Source of the DNA: Deltaproteobacteria bacterium
GTDB taxonomy: Bacteria > Myxococcota > Myxococcia > Myxococcales > Anaeromyxobacteraceae
DNA length: 32,000 nucleotides
Assembly: GCA_016214955.1 (NCBI GenBank)
Contig: JACRMN010000028.1
Coordinates: forward strand, 43,819 to 75,818
Direction: 5' to 3'
Below are positions 23,588-32,000 of this stretch, piece by piece. Positions within the stretch are counted from its first letter, which is position 1; each line of letters begins with the position of its first letter. The position numbers were made by a program, and so were the translations under genes. The notes below the pieces were generated by a model. The model had not been told where the DNA came from, did no database searches, and saw nothing but the letters and a program-made list of their open reading frames with translations.

Positions 23588-24166
23588 ATGACCCTCCTCC
23601 TCGTCGGTCTGCTCCTCTTCCTCGGCAGCCACTCGATCCGCATCTTCGCCGACGGCTGGCGCGGCTCCCTGGTCGCGCGCCTGGGCCTGCAGCGCTGGAA
23701 GGGGCTCCACTCGCTGGTCTCCGGCGCCGGGCTCGTCCTCGTGGTCTGGGGCTGGGGCCTGGCCCGGCCGCTGGCCGTGTCGCTCTGGTTCCCGCCGGTC
23801 TGGACCGCGCACCTGGGCGCGCTGCTCACGCTCCTGGCCTTCGTGCTGCTGGCCGCGACCTACGTGCCCGGCAACCAGATCCAGGCCAGGCTCCACCACC
23901 CCATGGTGCTGGGCGTGCAGCTCTGGGCGCTGGCCCACCTCCTGGCCAACGGCACGCAGCTTCACCTCCTGCTCTTCGGCAGCTTCCTGGTGTGGGCGCT
24001 GGCGAGCTTCGTGGCGGCGCTGCTCCGCGACAGGCGCGAGGGGCGCAGCTACCCGCCGGGCCGGGCGTCGCGGACCGCCATCGCGGTGCTCGCCGGAGCC
24101 GGCAGCTGGGCCGCCTTCACCTTCTGGCTGCACGAGCGGCTCATCGGCGTGGCGCCGCTGGGGTAG
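23588..24166 (+). CDS. NnrU-family integral membrane protein
   Basis: The start MTLLLVGLLLFLGSHSIRIFADGWR is typical of NnrU. There are about 5 TM helices. The gene lies 16 nt after the 67-aa ORF. Confidence 0.8.
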   Translation: MTLLLVGLLLFLGSHSIRIFADGWRGSLVARLGLQRWKGLHSLVSGAGLVLVVWGWGLARPLAVSLWFPPVWTAHLGALLTLLAFVLLAATYVPGNQIQARLHHPMVLGVQLWALAHLLANGTQLHLLLFGSFLVWALASFVAALLRDRREGRSYPPGRASRTAIAVLAGAGSWAAFTFWLHERLIGVAPLG

Positions 24167-24193
24167 GCGGGGTCGCCCTCCGCGGGAAGAGGC

Positions 24194-24922
24194 CTAGTGG
24201 GCCTTCCCGCTGGCGTGCCAGAGCGCGTGCAGCACCTCGCCGGCGATCTCCTCCACCCCCACGCCGTGGACCACCTGGGCGAAGAGGAACGGGCCGCTGC
24301 CGCGCATCTTCCTGGCGTCCCGCTCCATGACGCCGAGGTCGGCGCCCACCGCCGAGGCGAGGTCGGTCTTGTTGATGACCAGGAGGTCGGCCTGGGTGAT
24401 GCCGGGGCCGCCCTTGCGCGGGATCTTGTCGCCCCCGGCCACGTCGATGACGTAGACGGTGAAGTCGGCCAGCTCGCGGGAGAAGTGGGCCGCCAGGTTG
24501 TCGCCGCCCGACTCGCAGAACAGCAGGTCGGGCCGGTGCAGCTCGGTGAGCTCCTCCAGCGCCAGCAGGTTGGCGGTCACGTCCTCGCGGATGGCGGCGT
24601 GGGGGCAGCCGCCGGTCTCGACCGCGCGGATGCGGTCGGCGGGGAGCGCCCGGTGGCGCACCAGGAACTCGCCGTCCTCGCGGGTGAAGATGTCGTTGGT
24701 GACCACCGCCAGGGAGAGCTGGTCGCGGAGCGCCCGGCACAGGGCCAGCACCAGGGCGGTCTTGCCGCTGCCCACCGGGCCTCCGACACCCACGGTGAAC
24801 GCTCGCCGGGAGAGCTCCCGCTGCCTGCGGGGAGCGCGGCCGGCGAAGGTGCCGGGCCCCTCGCCGTGGTGGCCGACGTGGAGGGAGCGGGGGAGGTCGA
24901 GGAGGTCGGCGGGGTCGAGCAC
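24194..24922 (-). CDS. ureG: Urease accessory GTPase UreG, with ~40-aa N-terminal extension
   Basis: Motifs [34 protein letters not shown] and INKTDL are present. It has a GTG start with GGAG upstream. The extension contains HVGHHGEG. Confidence 0.95.
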   Translation of the reverse strand: MLDPADLLDLPRSLHVGHHGEGPGTFAGRAPRRQRELSRRAFTVGVGGPVGSGKTALVLALCRALRDQLSLAVVTNDIFTREDGEFLVRHRALPADRIRAVETGGCPHAAIREDVTANLLALEELTELHRPDLLFCESGGDNLAAHFSRELADFTVYVIDVAGGDKIPRKGGPGITQADLLVINKTDLASAVGADLGVMERDARKMRGSGPFLFAQVVHGVGVEEIAGEVLHALWHASGKAH

Positions 24923-24937
24923 GGGAGGCTCCGGGGT

Positions 24938-25594
24938 TCAGCTCTGGAAGAGGCGGGAGTAGAGGCGGTCCTGGTGGGCCTGCAGGAGGTCGAGGAGCGG
25001 CGAGGTGGCGGCCGCCTCGGCCGGGTCGGCGGAGCGGTACCGCTCGCGCACCCGCTCGGCGACGGGACCGAGGCGGGAGAGGATCCCCTGGGCCTCGAGG
25101 GGCCCGGCGAGGCCGAGCCGCACGCCGGCCGAGACGATGCCGCGGCCCGCCGCGAAGAGGAAGAGGCGGGCCGCCTCCTGGGCCTCCGCTCCCAGGAGCC
25201 CGAGCACCGCGCCGAAGGCCGGCGCCAGGTGGCCGGGCAGCCGCTCGCGCCGCACCCGCTCGCCCAGCGCCTCCACCGCCGCGGAGAGCGGCCCGGTGGC
25301 CCGGAGGAAGGCCTGGCCCTGGGCGCGGCTGGCCCGGTTGGCGACCAGGCCGGGCGTGGCGGCGTCGCAGCGGGCGTCGAGAGCGGCCAGGGCCCCCGGT
25401 TCGGCGTGGGCGGCGCGCAGGAAGGGGAGCGAGAGCGCGCCGGCGGCCCACAGCGCCTCCTCGGCGAAGGCCCGGAGCCCGTCGGCGTCACCGAGGTGGC
25501 CGAGCTGGTGCGCGGCCTCCAGCCCGCCGGAATGGGCGAAGGCCCCGGCGGGGAGCGCCGAGTCGGCGAGCTGGAGGAGGCGCCAGGGCTCCAC
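24938..25594 (-). CDS. ureF: Urease accessory protein UreF
   Basis: WRLLQLADSALPAGAFAHSGGLEAA matches the UreF N-terminal signature. The GTG at 25594 is the only in-frame start after the ureC stop. The start is uncertain because no clear SD is present. Confidence 0.85.
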   Translation of the reverse strand: MEPWRLLQLADSALPAGAFAHSGGLEAAHQLGHLGDADGLRAFAEEALWAAGALSLPFLRAAHAEPGALAALDARCDAATPGLVANRASRAQGQAFLRATGPLSAAVEALGERVRRERLPGHLAPAFGAVLGLLGAEAQEAARLFLFAAGRGIVSAGVRLGLAGPLEAQGILSRLGPVAERVRERYRSADPAEAAATSPLLDLLQAHQDRLYSRLFQS

Positions 25595-25602
25595 GGCGGT
25601 GC

Positions 25603-27318
25603 CTAGAACAGGAAGTAGCGCTGGGCCAGCGAGAGCCGCTCGGCGGGCTCGCAGCGCAGCAGGAGCCCGTCGGCGCGGACCTCGTAGGTCTCCGGGTCCA
25701 CCTCGACGCGGGGCAGGGCGTCGTTGAGCCTCATGTCCCGCTTGCCCAGCCCGCGGCAGCCGCGCACCGGCTCGATGCGCTTCGCGAGCCCGAGGCCGGC
25801 GGTGGTGCCGGCCTCGAAGGCGGCGCGGGAGACGAAGGCCACCGAGGTGGCGCCCAGCGCGCGCCCCAGGCTCCCGAACATGGGTCGCATCCCCACCGGC
25901 TGCGGCGTGGGGATGGAGGCGTTGGCGTCGCCCATCTGGGCCCAGGCGATGAGGCCGCCCTTGAGCACCAGCTCCGGCTTGGCGCCGAAGAGGGCCGGCC
26001 GCCACAGCACCAGGTCGGCCAGCTTGCCCACCTCCACCGATCCCACCAGGTGGCCCATGCCGTGGGCGATGGCCGGGTTGACGGTGTACTTGGCCAGGTA
26101 GCGGCGGATGCGGAGGTTGTCCGACTCGCCCTGCTCGCCCGGGAGCCGCCCGCGCTGGCGGCGCAGCTTGTCGGCGGTCTGCCAGGTGCGGGTCACCACC
26201 TCGCCCACCCGCCCCATGGCCTGCGAGTCGCTGCTCATCATGGAGATGGCCCCCATGTCGTGGAGCAGGTCCTCGGCGGCGATGGTCTCGCCGCGGATGC
26301 GGCTCTCGGCGAAGGCCAGGTCCTCCGGCAGCGAGGGGTCGAGGTGGTGGCAGACGACGAGCATGTCGAGGTGCTCGTCGAGGGTGTTCACCGTGTAGGG
26401 CCGGGTGGGGTTGGTGGAGGAGGGCAGCACGTTGGGCTCGCCGCAGACGCGGATGATGTCGGGCGCGTGGCCGCCGCCGGCCCCCTCGGTGTGGAAGGTG
26501 TGGATGGTGCGGCCGCGGAAGGCGGCGATGGCGTGCTCGGCGCAGGAGGACTCGTTGAGGGTGTCGGTGTGGATGGCCACCTGCACGTCGTACCGCTCGG
26601 CCACCGAGAGGCAGGCGTCGATGGCCGAGGGGGTGGTGCCCCAGTCCTCGTGGAGCTTCAGACCCATGGCGCCGGCGACGAGCTGCTCCGGGAGCCCCTC
26701 GGGCCGGGCGGAGTTGCCCTTGCCCAGGAGCCCGACGTTCACCGGCAGGGCGTCGGTGGCCTGGAGCATGAGGGCCACGTTGCGGGCGCCGGGCGTGCAG
26801 GTGGTGGCGTTGGTGCCGGTGGCCGGCCCGGTGCCCCCGCCCACCATGGTGGTGACCCCGCTGGCGATGGCCTCGTGGGCCTGCTGCGGGCTGATGAAGT
26901 GGATGTGGCTGTCGATGCCGCCGGCGGTGAGGATGAGCCCCTCCCCGGCGATGCACTCCGTGCCCGGCCCCACCACCATGCCGGGCGTGACGCCGGCCAT
27001 GACCCCGGGGTTGCCGGCCTTGCCGATGCCGGCGATGAGGCCGCCCTTCACGCCCAGGTCGGCCTTGTAGATGCCGGTGTGGTCGATGACCAGGGCGTTG
27101 GTGATCACGAGGTCCAGGGCCTGGGCGTCGGGGACGCCGGCCGCCTGGCCCATGCCGTCGCGCAGCACCTTGCCGCCGCCGAACTTGCACTCGTCGCCGT
27201 ACACGGTGAGGTCGCGCTCCACCTCGGCCACGAGCGCGGTGTCGCCCAGCCGCACGCGGTCGCCGGTGGTGGGGCCGTAGATCTCGGCGTAGGTGCGCCG
27301 CTCCAGGGTGCGCGACAT
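25603..27318 (-). CDS. ureC: Urease alpha (catalytic) subunit UreC
   Basis: 571 aa with [61 protein letters not shown] and MVCHHL. Confidence 0.97.
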   Translation of the reverse strand: MSRTLERRTYAEIYGPTTGDRVRLGDTALVAEVERDLTVYGDECKFGGGKVLRDGMGQAAGVPDAQALDLVITNALVIDHTGIYKADLGVKGGLIAGIGKAGNPGVMAGVTPGMVVGPGTECIAGEGLILTAGGIDSHIHFISPQQAHEAIASGVTTMVGGGTGPATGTNATTCTPGARNVALMLQATDALPVNVGLLGKGNSARPEGLPEQLVAGAMGLKLHEDWGTTPSAIDACLSVAERYDVQVAIHTDTLNESSCAEHAIAAFRGRTIHTFHTEGAGGGHAPDIIRVCGEPNVLPSSTNPTRPYTVNTLDEHLDMLVVCHHLDPSLPEDLAFAESRIRGETIAAEDLLHDMGAISMMSSDSQAMGRVGEVVTRTWQTADKLRRQRGRLPGEQGESDNLRIRRYLAKYTVNPAIAHGMGHLVGSVEVGKLADLVLWRPALFGAKPELVLKGGLIAWAQMGDANASIPTPQPVGMRPMFGSLGRALGATSVAFVSRAAFEAGTTAGLGLAKRIEPVRGCRGLGKRDMRLNDALPRVEVDPETYEVRADGLLLRCEPAERLSLAQRYFLF

Positions 27319-27319
27319 G

Positions 27320-28093
<774 letters not shown>

Positions 28094-28103
28094 GTGGGCT
28101 CCG

Positions 28104-28997
28104 TCAGGGCCTGCGGGAGAGCGGGTCCTCCCCGAGCAGCGCGGGGAGGAAGGAGAGGAGGGAGGCCAGGGCGGCCTGGCCGGGCTCCACGCCCCGGGCC
28201 GCCAGCCGGAGGTGGAGGCCGTCACCGAGCGGGCTGGCGGCGGCCAGCACCTCGTCGCCGGGCGCGGCGCGCCGCGCGGCCAGCGCGGCCAGGAGGGCGG
28301 CGGCCGGCTCGCGGAGGAGCGGCCCGAGGAGCACCACCGTGGCGAGCAGGTGCCAGCCGGCGAGGCGGCCGGGCAGCGGCGGCCCCTCGTCCGCGGCCAG
28401 GCGCACGGCGTCGGCGAGCAGCAGGCTGCCCTGGCGCGACACGTGATTGGCGCTGCCCAGCGAGCGGAAGGCCCATCGCTCGCCGCGGGCGCTGCGGCCG
28501 GCGGCCAGCGCGTCCACCAGCACCAGGCTGGCGCCTTCGCCCAGGTCCACCTCCTGGCGCTGGGAGAGGACGGAGCCGGCGAAGGCGCTCACCGGCTCCG
28601 GCAGGAGCGCCAGCAGGCCGCCCGCGCCCACCCGGGCGCGCAGCGCCTGGCGGCAGCCGGGCCCGTCGGTCCGGTAGACCTTGGTCTCGGCCTGGGTGGT
28701 GAGGAGCGCGCGCGCCTCCGGACCCACCTCGACCTCAACCGACACCTCGTCGCCGCCCACCAGGCCGCCGCCATGGCTCGCGGCCACCGCCCAGACGAGG
28801 GGACCGCGCGCGCGCGGCAGCAGCAGGCGGAGCGGGGAGGTGGAGGCGCAGGACAGCGCGGCGCTGGCGCCGTCCACCCGGGCGACGCGCAGGAGGCCCC
28901 GCCCCGGTGCACCCACCGCCGGTGCATGCCCGGACTCCGGGCACGCGGCTGCCTGCTTGGAGTGCGGGATGTCGGTGGGTGCGGAGGCGGAGAGCAT
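28104..28997 (-). CDS. ureD: Urease accessory protein UreD/UreH
   Basis: [35 protein letters not shown] matches the UreD core (PPGGxVGGD...T.ASTKxYR). The start is uncertain: the ATG at 28997 gives a ~30-aa N-terminal extension and a GTG at 28916 is an alternative. Confidence 0.8.
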   Translation of the reverse strand: MLSASAPTDIPHSKQAAACPESGHAPAVGAPGRGLLRVARVDGASAALSCASTSPLRLLLPRARGPLVWAVAASHGGGLVGGDEVSVEVEVGPEARALLTTQAETKVYRTDGPGCRQALRARVGAGGLLALLPEPVSAFAGSVLSQRQEVDLGEGASLVLVDALAAGRSARGERWAFRSLGSANHVSRQGSLLLADAVRLAADEGPPLPGRLAGWHLLATVVLLGPLLREPAAALLAALAARRAAPGDEVLAAASPLGDGLHLRLAARGVEPGQAALASLLSFLPALLGEDPLSRRP

Positions 28998-29068
28998 GGC
29001 GAGTGGGGCGAGGTGGCGGCGATCCGTGCAGTGCAGGTGCGGGAGATCGGGCAGCGAGCAGCTCCCTC

Positions 29069-29084
29069 CGCAAGTCCCGCGCCA
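29069..29084 (-). promoter_or_regulatory. Candidate sigma-54 (-24/-12) promoter for the ure operon
   Basis: The minus strand reads TGGCGCGGGACTTGCG against the consensus TGGCACG-N4-TTGCW. GG-N10-GC spacing is exact and TTGC is intact. It lies about 72 nt upstream of the ureD ATG. Confidence 0.4.
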
Positions 29085-29107
29085 CGCCCGCGGGCCGCGC
29101 GCCAGCG

Positions 29108-29123
29108 TGGCACGCCCGATGCT
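29108..29123 (+). promoter_or_regulatory. Candidate sigma-54 (-24/-12) promoter for urtA
   Basis: The plus strand reads TGGCACGCCCGATGCT against the consensus TGGCACG-N4-TTGCW, with exact spacing and one mismatch in the -12 TTGC. It lies about 50 nt upstream of the urtA ATG. Confidence 0.45.
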
Positions 29124-29173
29124 CAGGCGCCAGGGCGAGACCCGCCGCACCTCCACCAACGGGAAAGGACGCC

Positions 29174-30412
29174 ATGCGCACTCGCAGTCTCCTCGCCGCA
29201 CTCGTCATCGCCGCCCTGCTTCCGGCCGCCCCCGCCCGGGCCGCCGACACCATCAAGGTCGGCATCCTCCACTCCCTCTCCGGGACCATGGCCATCTCCG
29301 AGACGGCGCTGAAGGACGTGGCGCTCATGACCATCGAGGAGATCAACGCCAGCGGCGGCGTCCTCGGGAAGAAGCTCGAGCCGGTGGTGGTGGACCCGGC
29401 GTCCAACTGGCCGCTCTTCGCCGAGAAGGCCCGCCAGCTCGTGGCCCAGGACAAGGTGGCCGTGGTCTTCGGCTGCTGGACCTCGGTGTCCCGCAAGTCG
29501 GTGCTCCCGGTGTTCAAGGAGCTGAACGGCATCCTCTTCTACCCGGTGCAGTACGAGGGCGAGGAGCTGGAGAAGAACGTCTTCTACACCGGCGCCGCGC
29601 CCAACCAGCAGGCCATCCCCGCGGTCGAGTACCTGATGAGCAAGGACGGCGGCGGCGCCAAGCGCTTCTTCCTGCTGGGCACCGACTACGTCTACCCGCG
29701 CACCACCAACAAGATCCTGCGCGCCTTCCTCAAGTCGAGGAAGGTGGCCGAGTCGGACATCGAGGAGGTGTACACGCCCTTCGGCCACGCCGACTACCAG
29801 ACCATCGTCGCCAACATCAAGAAGTTCGCGGCCGGCGGCAAGACCGCGGTGATCTCCACCATCAACGGCGACTCCAACGTCCCCTTCTACAAGGAGCTGG
29901 GCAACGCCGGCCTCAAGGCCACCGAGGTGCCGGTGGTGGCCTTCTCGGTGGGTGAAGAGGAGCTCCGCGGCATCGACACCAGGCCGCTGGTGGGCCACCT
30001 GGCCTCCTGGAACTACTTCATGAGCCTCAAGAACAAGGAGAACGAGGCCTTCGCCAGGAAGTACCGGGAGTACGCCAAAAAGAAGGGGCTGCCCAACGCC
30101 GACAAGGTCGTGACCAACGACCCCATGGAGGCCACCTACGTGGGCATCCACATGTGGAAGCAGGCGGTGGAGAAGGCCAAGACCACCGACCCGGAGAAGG
30201 TGATCCCGGCAGTGGGCGGCCAGACCTTCCAGGCCCCCTCGGGCTTCAAGCTGACGATGGACCCGACCAACCACCACCTGCACAAGCCGGTCTACATCGG
30301 CGAGATCCGGCCCGACGGCCAGTTCAACATCGTGTGGAAGACCAAGGCGCCCATCCGCGCCCAGCCCTGGAGCCCGTTCATCCCGGGCAACGAGGGCAAG
30401 CAGAAGCTCTAG
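29174..30412 (+). CDS. urtA: Urea ABC transporter substrate-binding protein UrtA
   Basis: The signal peptide is MRTRSLLAALVIAALLPAAPARA. It is followed by ADTIKVGILHSLSGTMAISE...VVFGCWTSVSRKSVLPV...FYPVQYEGEE, typical of UrtA. The track ORF start at 28907 is a run-on. Confidence 0.95.
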   Translation: MRTRSLLAALVIAALLPAAPARAADTIKVGILHSLSGTMAISETALKDVALMTIEEINASGGVLGKKLEPVVVDPASNWPLFAEKARQLVAQDKVAVVFGCWTSVSRKSVLPVFKELNGILFYPVQYEGEELEKNVFYTGAAPNQQAIPAVEYLMSKDGGGAKRFFLLGTDYVYPRTTNKILRAFLKSRKVAESDIEEVYTPFGHADYQTIVANIKKFAAGGKTAVISTINGDSNVPFYKELGNAGLKATEVPVVAFSVGEEELRGIDTRPLVGHLASWNYFMSLKNKENEAFARKYREYAKKKGLPNADKVVTNDPMEATYVGIHMWKQAVEKAKTTDPEKVIPAVGGQTFQAPSGFKLTMDPTNHHLHKPVYIGEIRPDGQFNIVWKTKAPIRAQPWSPFIPGNEGKQKL

Positions 30413-30420
30413 GCCGCACC

Positions 30421-30447
30421 GCCGGGGCCGCCCCGAGCGGCCCCGGC
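30421..30447 (+). terminator. Perfect 11-bp GC stem-loop between urtA and urtB (intercistronic attenuator or mRNA stabiliser)
   Basis: The structure is GCCGGGGCCGC-cccga-GCGGCCCCGGC. It lies 9 nt after the urtA stop. No clean U-tract follows. Confidence 0.5.
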
Positions 30448-30483
30448 GCCCCACTTCCCCCTTCGCTCCCGCTGCCCGCGCCC

Positions 30484-32000
30484 ATGGCCCTCCTCCGCAC
30501 CGCACTGGCGGTCGCCGCGCTCCTGCTCGCCCCGCCGACCCGCGCCGCGCTCGACCCGGCGGCGGTGAAGGGGCTGGCGGCCGAGGAGGCCGACGACCGC
30601 ATCGCCGCCATCCGGGCGCTGGCCGCCTCCGGCGAGCCGGCCGCGGTGCCGCTCCTCCAGGCCCTGGCCGACGAGGGGCTCCAGGTGGCCGGGGGCAGGC
30701 TCTTCCGCGTCGCCGGCGGGCAGGTGCTCGACGCCCTCACCGGCGCGCCGGCCGAGGCGCCGCCGGCGGAGCGCGAGACCCTCACCGTGAACAACCGCGT
30801 GCGCCGCGAGATCGGCGCCGCTCTCTCGGCCCTGCGGCTCCTCGACCCCGACCGCGCCGTGCGCCTGGCCGCCGCCCGCGACCTGGGCGCCGGCGACGAC
30901 GAGGAGAACGCCGCCCTCCTGGCCACCGCCCTGGGGCGCGAGGCCGACCCCGAGGTCCGCGCCGTCCTCTCCCTCACCGTGGCCACCTCGCAGGTGCGCA
31001 GCCCCGACCCGGCGGTGCGGCTCCAGGCGGTGACCGCCCTGGGCAAGAGCGGGAACCGCACCGTGCTGCCGCTCCTGGAGAGGCTGGCCGACCCGGCCGC
31101 CGAGCCCGATGCGGAAGTGCGGCGCCAGGCCTTCGCCTCGTCGCGCCTGGTGGACTCGCGCCTCGCCGCCGGCGACCTCCTCGGCCGGATCTTCTCCGGC
31201 ATCTCGCTGGCCAGCATCCTGCTGCTGGCCGCGCTGGGGCTGGCCATCACCTACGGCGTCATGGGCGTCATCAACATGGCCCACGGCGAGTTCCTGATGG
31301 TCGGTGCCTACGCCGCCTACGGCATGGAGCGCGTCTTCGCCCGCGCCTTCCCGGGCTCGGCCGGCGCCTACGTGCTGGCGGCCATCCCGGTGGCCTTCGG
31401 CGCCGCCTTCCTGGTGGGCGTGGCGGTGGAGCGCACGGTGGTGCGCTTCCTCTACGGCCGGCCGCTGGAGACGCTGCTGGCCTCCTGGGGCGTCTCGCTC
31501 TTCCTCATCCAGGCGGCGCGGGTGGTGTTCGGCGCCCAGAACGTCCAGGTGCCCAACCCCGGCTGGATGACCGGCGGCGTCGAGCCCATGACAGGCTTCG
31601 TGCTCCCCTGGAACCGGGTCCTCATCATCGCCTTCACCGTCGGCGTGCTGGCGGTCACCTGGCTGCTCCTCAACCGCACCCGGCTCGGCCTCTTCGTCCG
31701 CGCCGTCACCCAGAACCGGGCCATGGCCGGCTGCGTGGGCGTGCACACCCGCCGCGTGGACACCCTGGCCTTCGGCCTGGGCGCCGGCATCGCCGGGCTG
31801 GGCGGCGTGGCCCTCTCGCAGATCGCCAACGTCGGCCCCGACATGGGCCAGGGCTACATCATCGACTCCTTCCTGGTGGTGGTGGTGGGCGGCGTGGGCC
31901 AGCTGGCCGGGGCCGTCTGGGCCGCCGTGGGGCTGGGCATCCTCTCCAAGTTCCTGGAGGCCTCGGCCGGCGCCGTCATCGCCAAGATCCTCATCCTGGT
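30484..32000 (+). CDS. urtB: Urea ABC transporter permease UrtB, long form with N-terminal periplasmic HEAT-like extension; 3' end beyond window
   Basis: This gene is absent from the ORF track because it has no stop in the window. The frame is open from the ATG at 30484 to 32000. It has a signal peptide MALLRTALAVAALLLAPPTRA and about 240 aa of Ala/Leu/Arg repeats. The permease core follows (GVMGVINMAHGEFLMVGAY...RAVTQNRAMA...). Confidence 0.9.
   Translation, partial: MALLRTALAVAALLLAPPTRAALDPAAVKGLAAEEADDRIAAIRALAASGEPAAVPLLQALADEGLQVAGGRLFRVAGGQVLDALTGAPAEAPPAERETLTVNNRVRREIGAALSALRLLDPDRAVRLAAARDLGAGDDEENAALLATALGREADPEVRAVLSLTVATSQVRSPDPAVRLQAVTALGKSGNRTVLPLLERLADPAAEPDAEVRRQAFASSRLVDSRLAAGDLLGRIFSGISLASILLLAALGLAITYGVMGVINMAHGEFLMVGAYAAYGMERVFARAFPGSAGAYVLAAIPVAFGAAFLVGVAVERTVVRFLYGRPLETLLASWGVSLFLIQAARVVFGAQNVQVPNPGWMTGGVEPMTGFVLPWNRVLIIAFTVGVLAVTWLLLNRTRLGLFVRAVTQNRAMAGCVGVHTRRVDTLAFGLGAGIAGLGGVALSQIANVGPDMGQGYIIDSFLVVVVGGVGQLAGAVWAAVGLGILSKFLEASAGAVIAKILIL

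Overview
Very GC-rich (about 70-75% by eye) bacterial chromosomal segment. Gene content and style resemble Myxococcota or Anaeromyxobacter-like deltaproteobacteria, but I cannot verify the taxon. I support about 31 protein genes.

Left to right:
- A four-gene tripartite ABC exporter: FtsX/MacB-type permease (5' cut by the window edge), ATPase, HlyD adaptor, TolC-like OMP.
- A divergent SRPBCC/LysR pair.
- A hemerythrin-domain gene.
- An overlapping PAP2 phosphatase and EptA/MCR-like phosphoethanolamine transferase pair.
- A GntR/FCD regulator.
- A TetR regulator plus a secreted His-rich DUF6448-like protein. These sit divergent from a second hemerythrin gene, an MDR oxidoreductase and a complete family-B DNA polymerase (Pol II).
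- A long minus-strand block: three tiny ORFs, a receiver-less CheB-CheR-PAS fusion, a translationally coupled PAS hybrid histidine kinase, a Cys-rich mini-ORF and a dienelactone hydrolase.
- A divergent uncharacterised plus-strand operon: a protein with a Tudor-like N-terminus, a 67-aa ORF and NnrU.
- A urease cluster ureD-ureAB(fused)-ureC-ureF-ureG with no ureE. It is divergent from urtA-urtB, and urtB runs off the 3' edge and is absent from the ORF track.

I recognised no rRNA, tRNA, CRISPR array, transposase or integrase. Most long ORFs in the track are antisense or alternate-frame shadows typical of high-GC DNA.

The least explained parts, and best candidates for new biology:
- the orphan CheB-CheR/hybrid-kinase module with its three small upstream ORFs (16.3-22.1 kb)
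- the divergent Tudor-like/67-aa/NnrU operon (22.4-24.2 kb)
- the TetR-controlled secreted His-rich protein (9.9-11.3 kb)
- the back-to-back sigma-54-like promoters between ureD and urtA

All functional calls rest on motif recognition by eye. No database search was possible.
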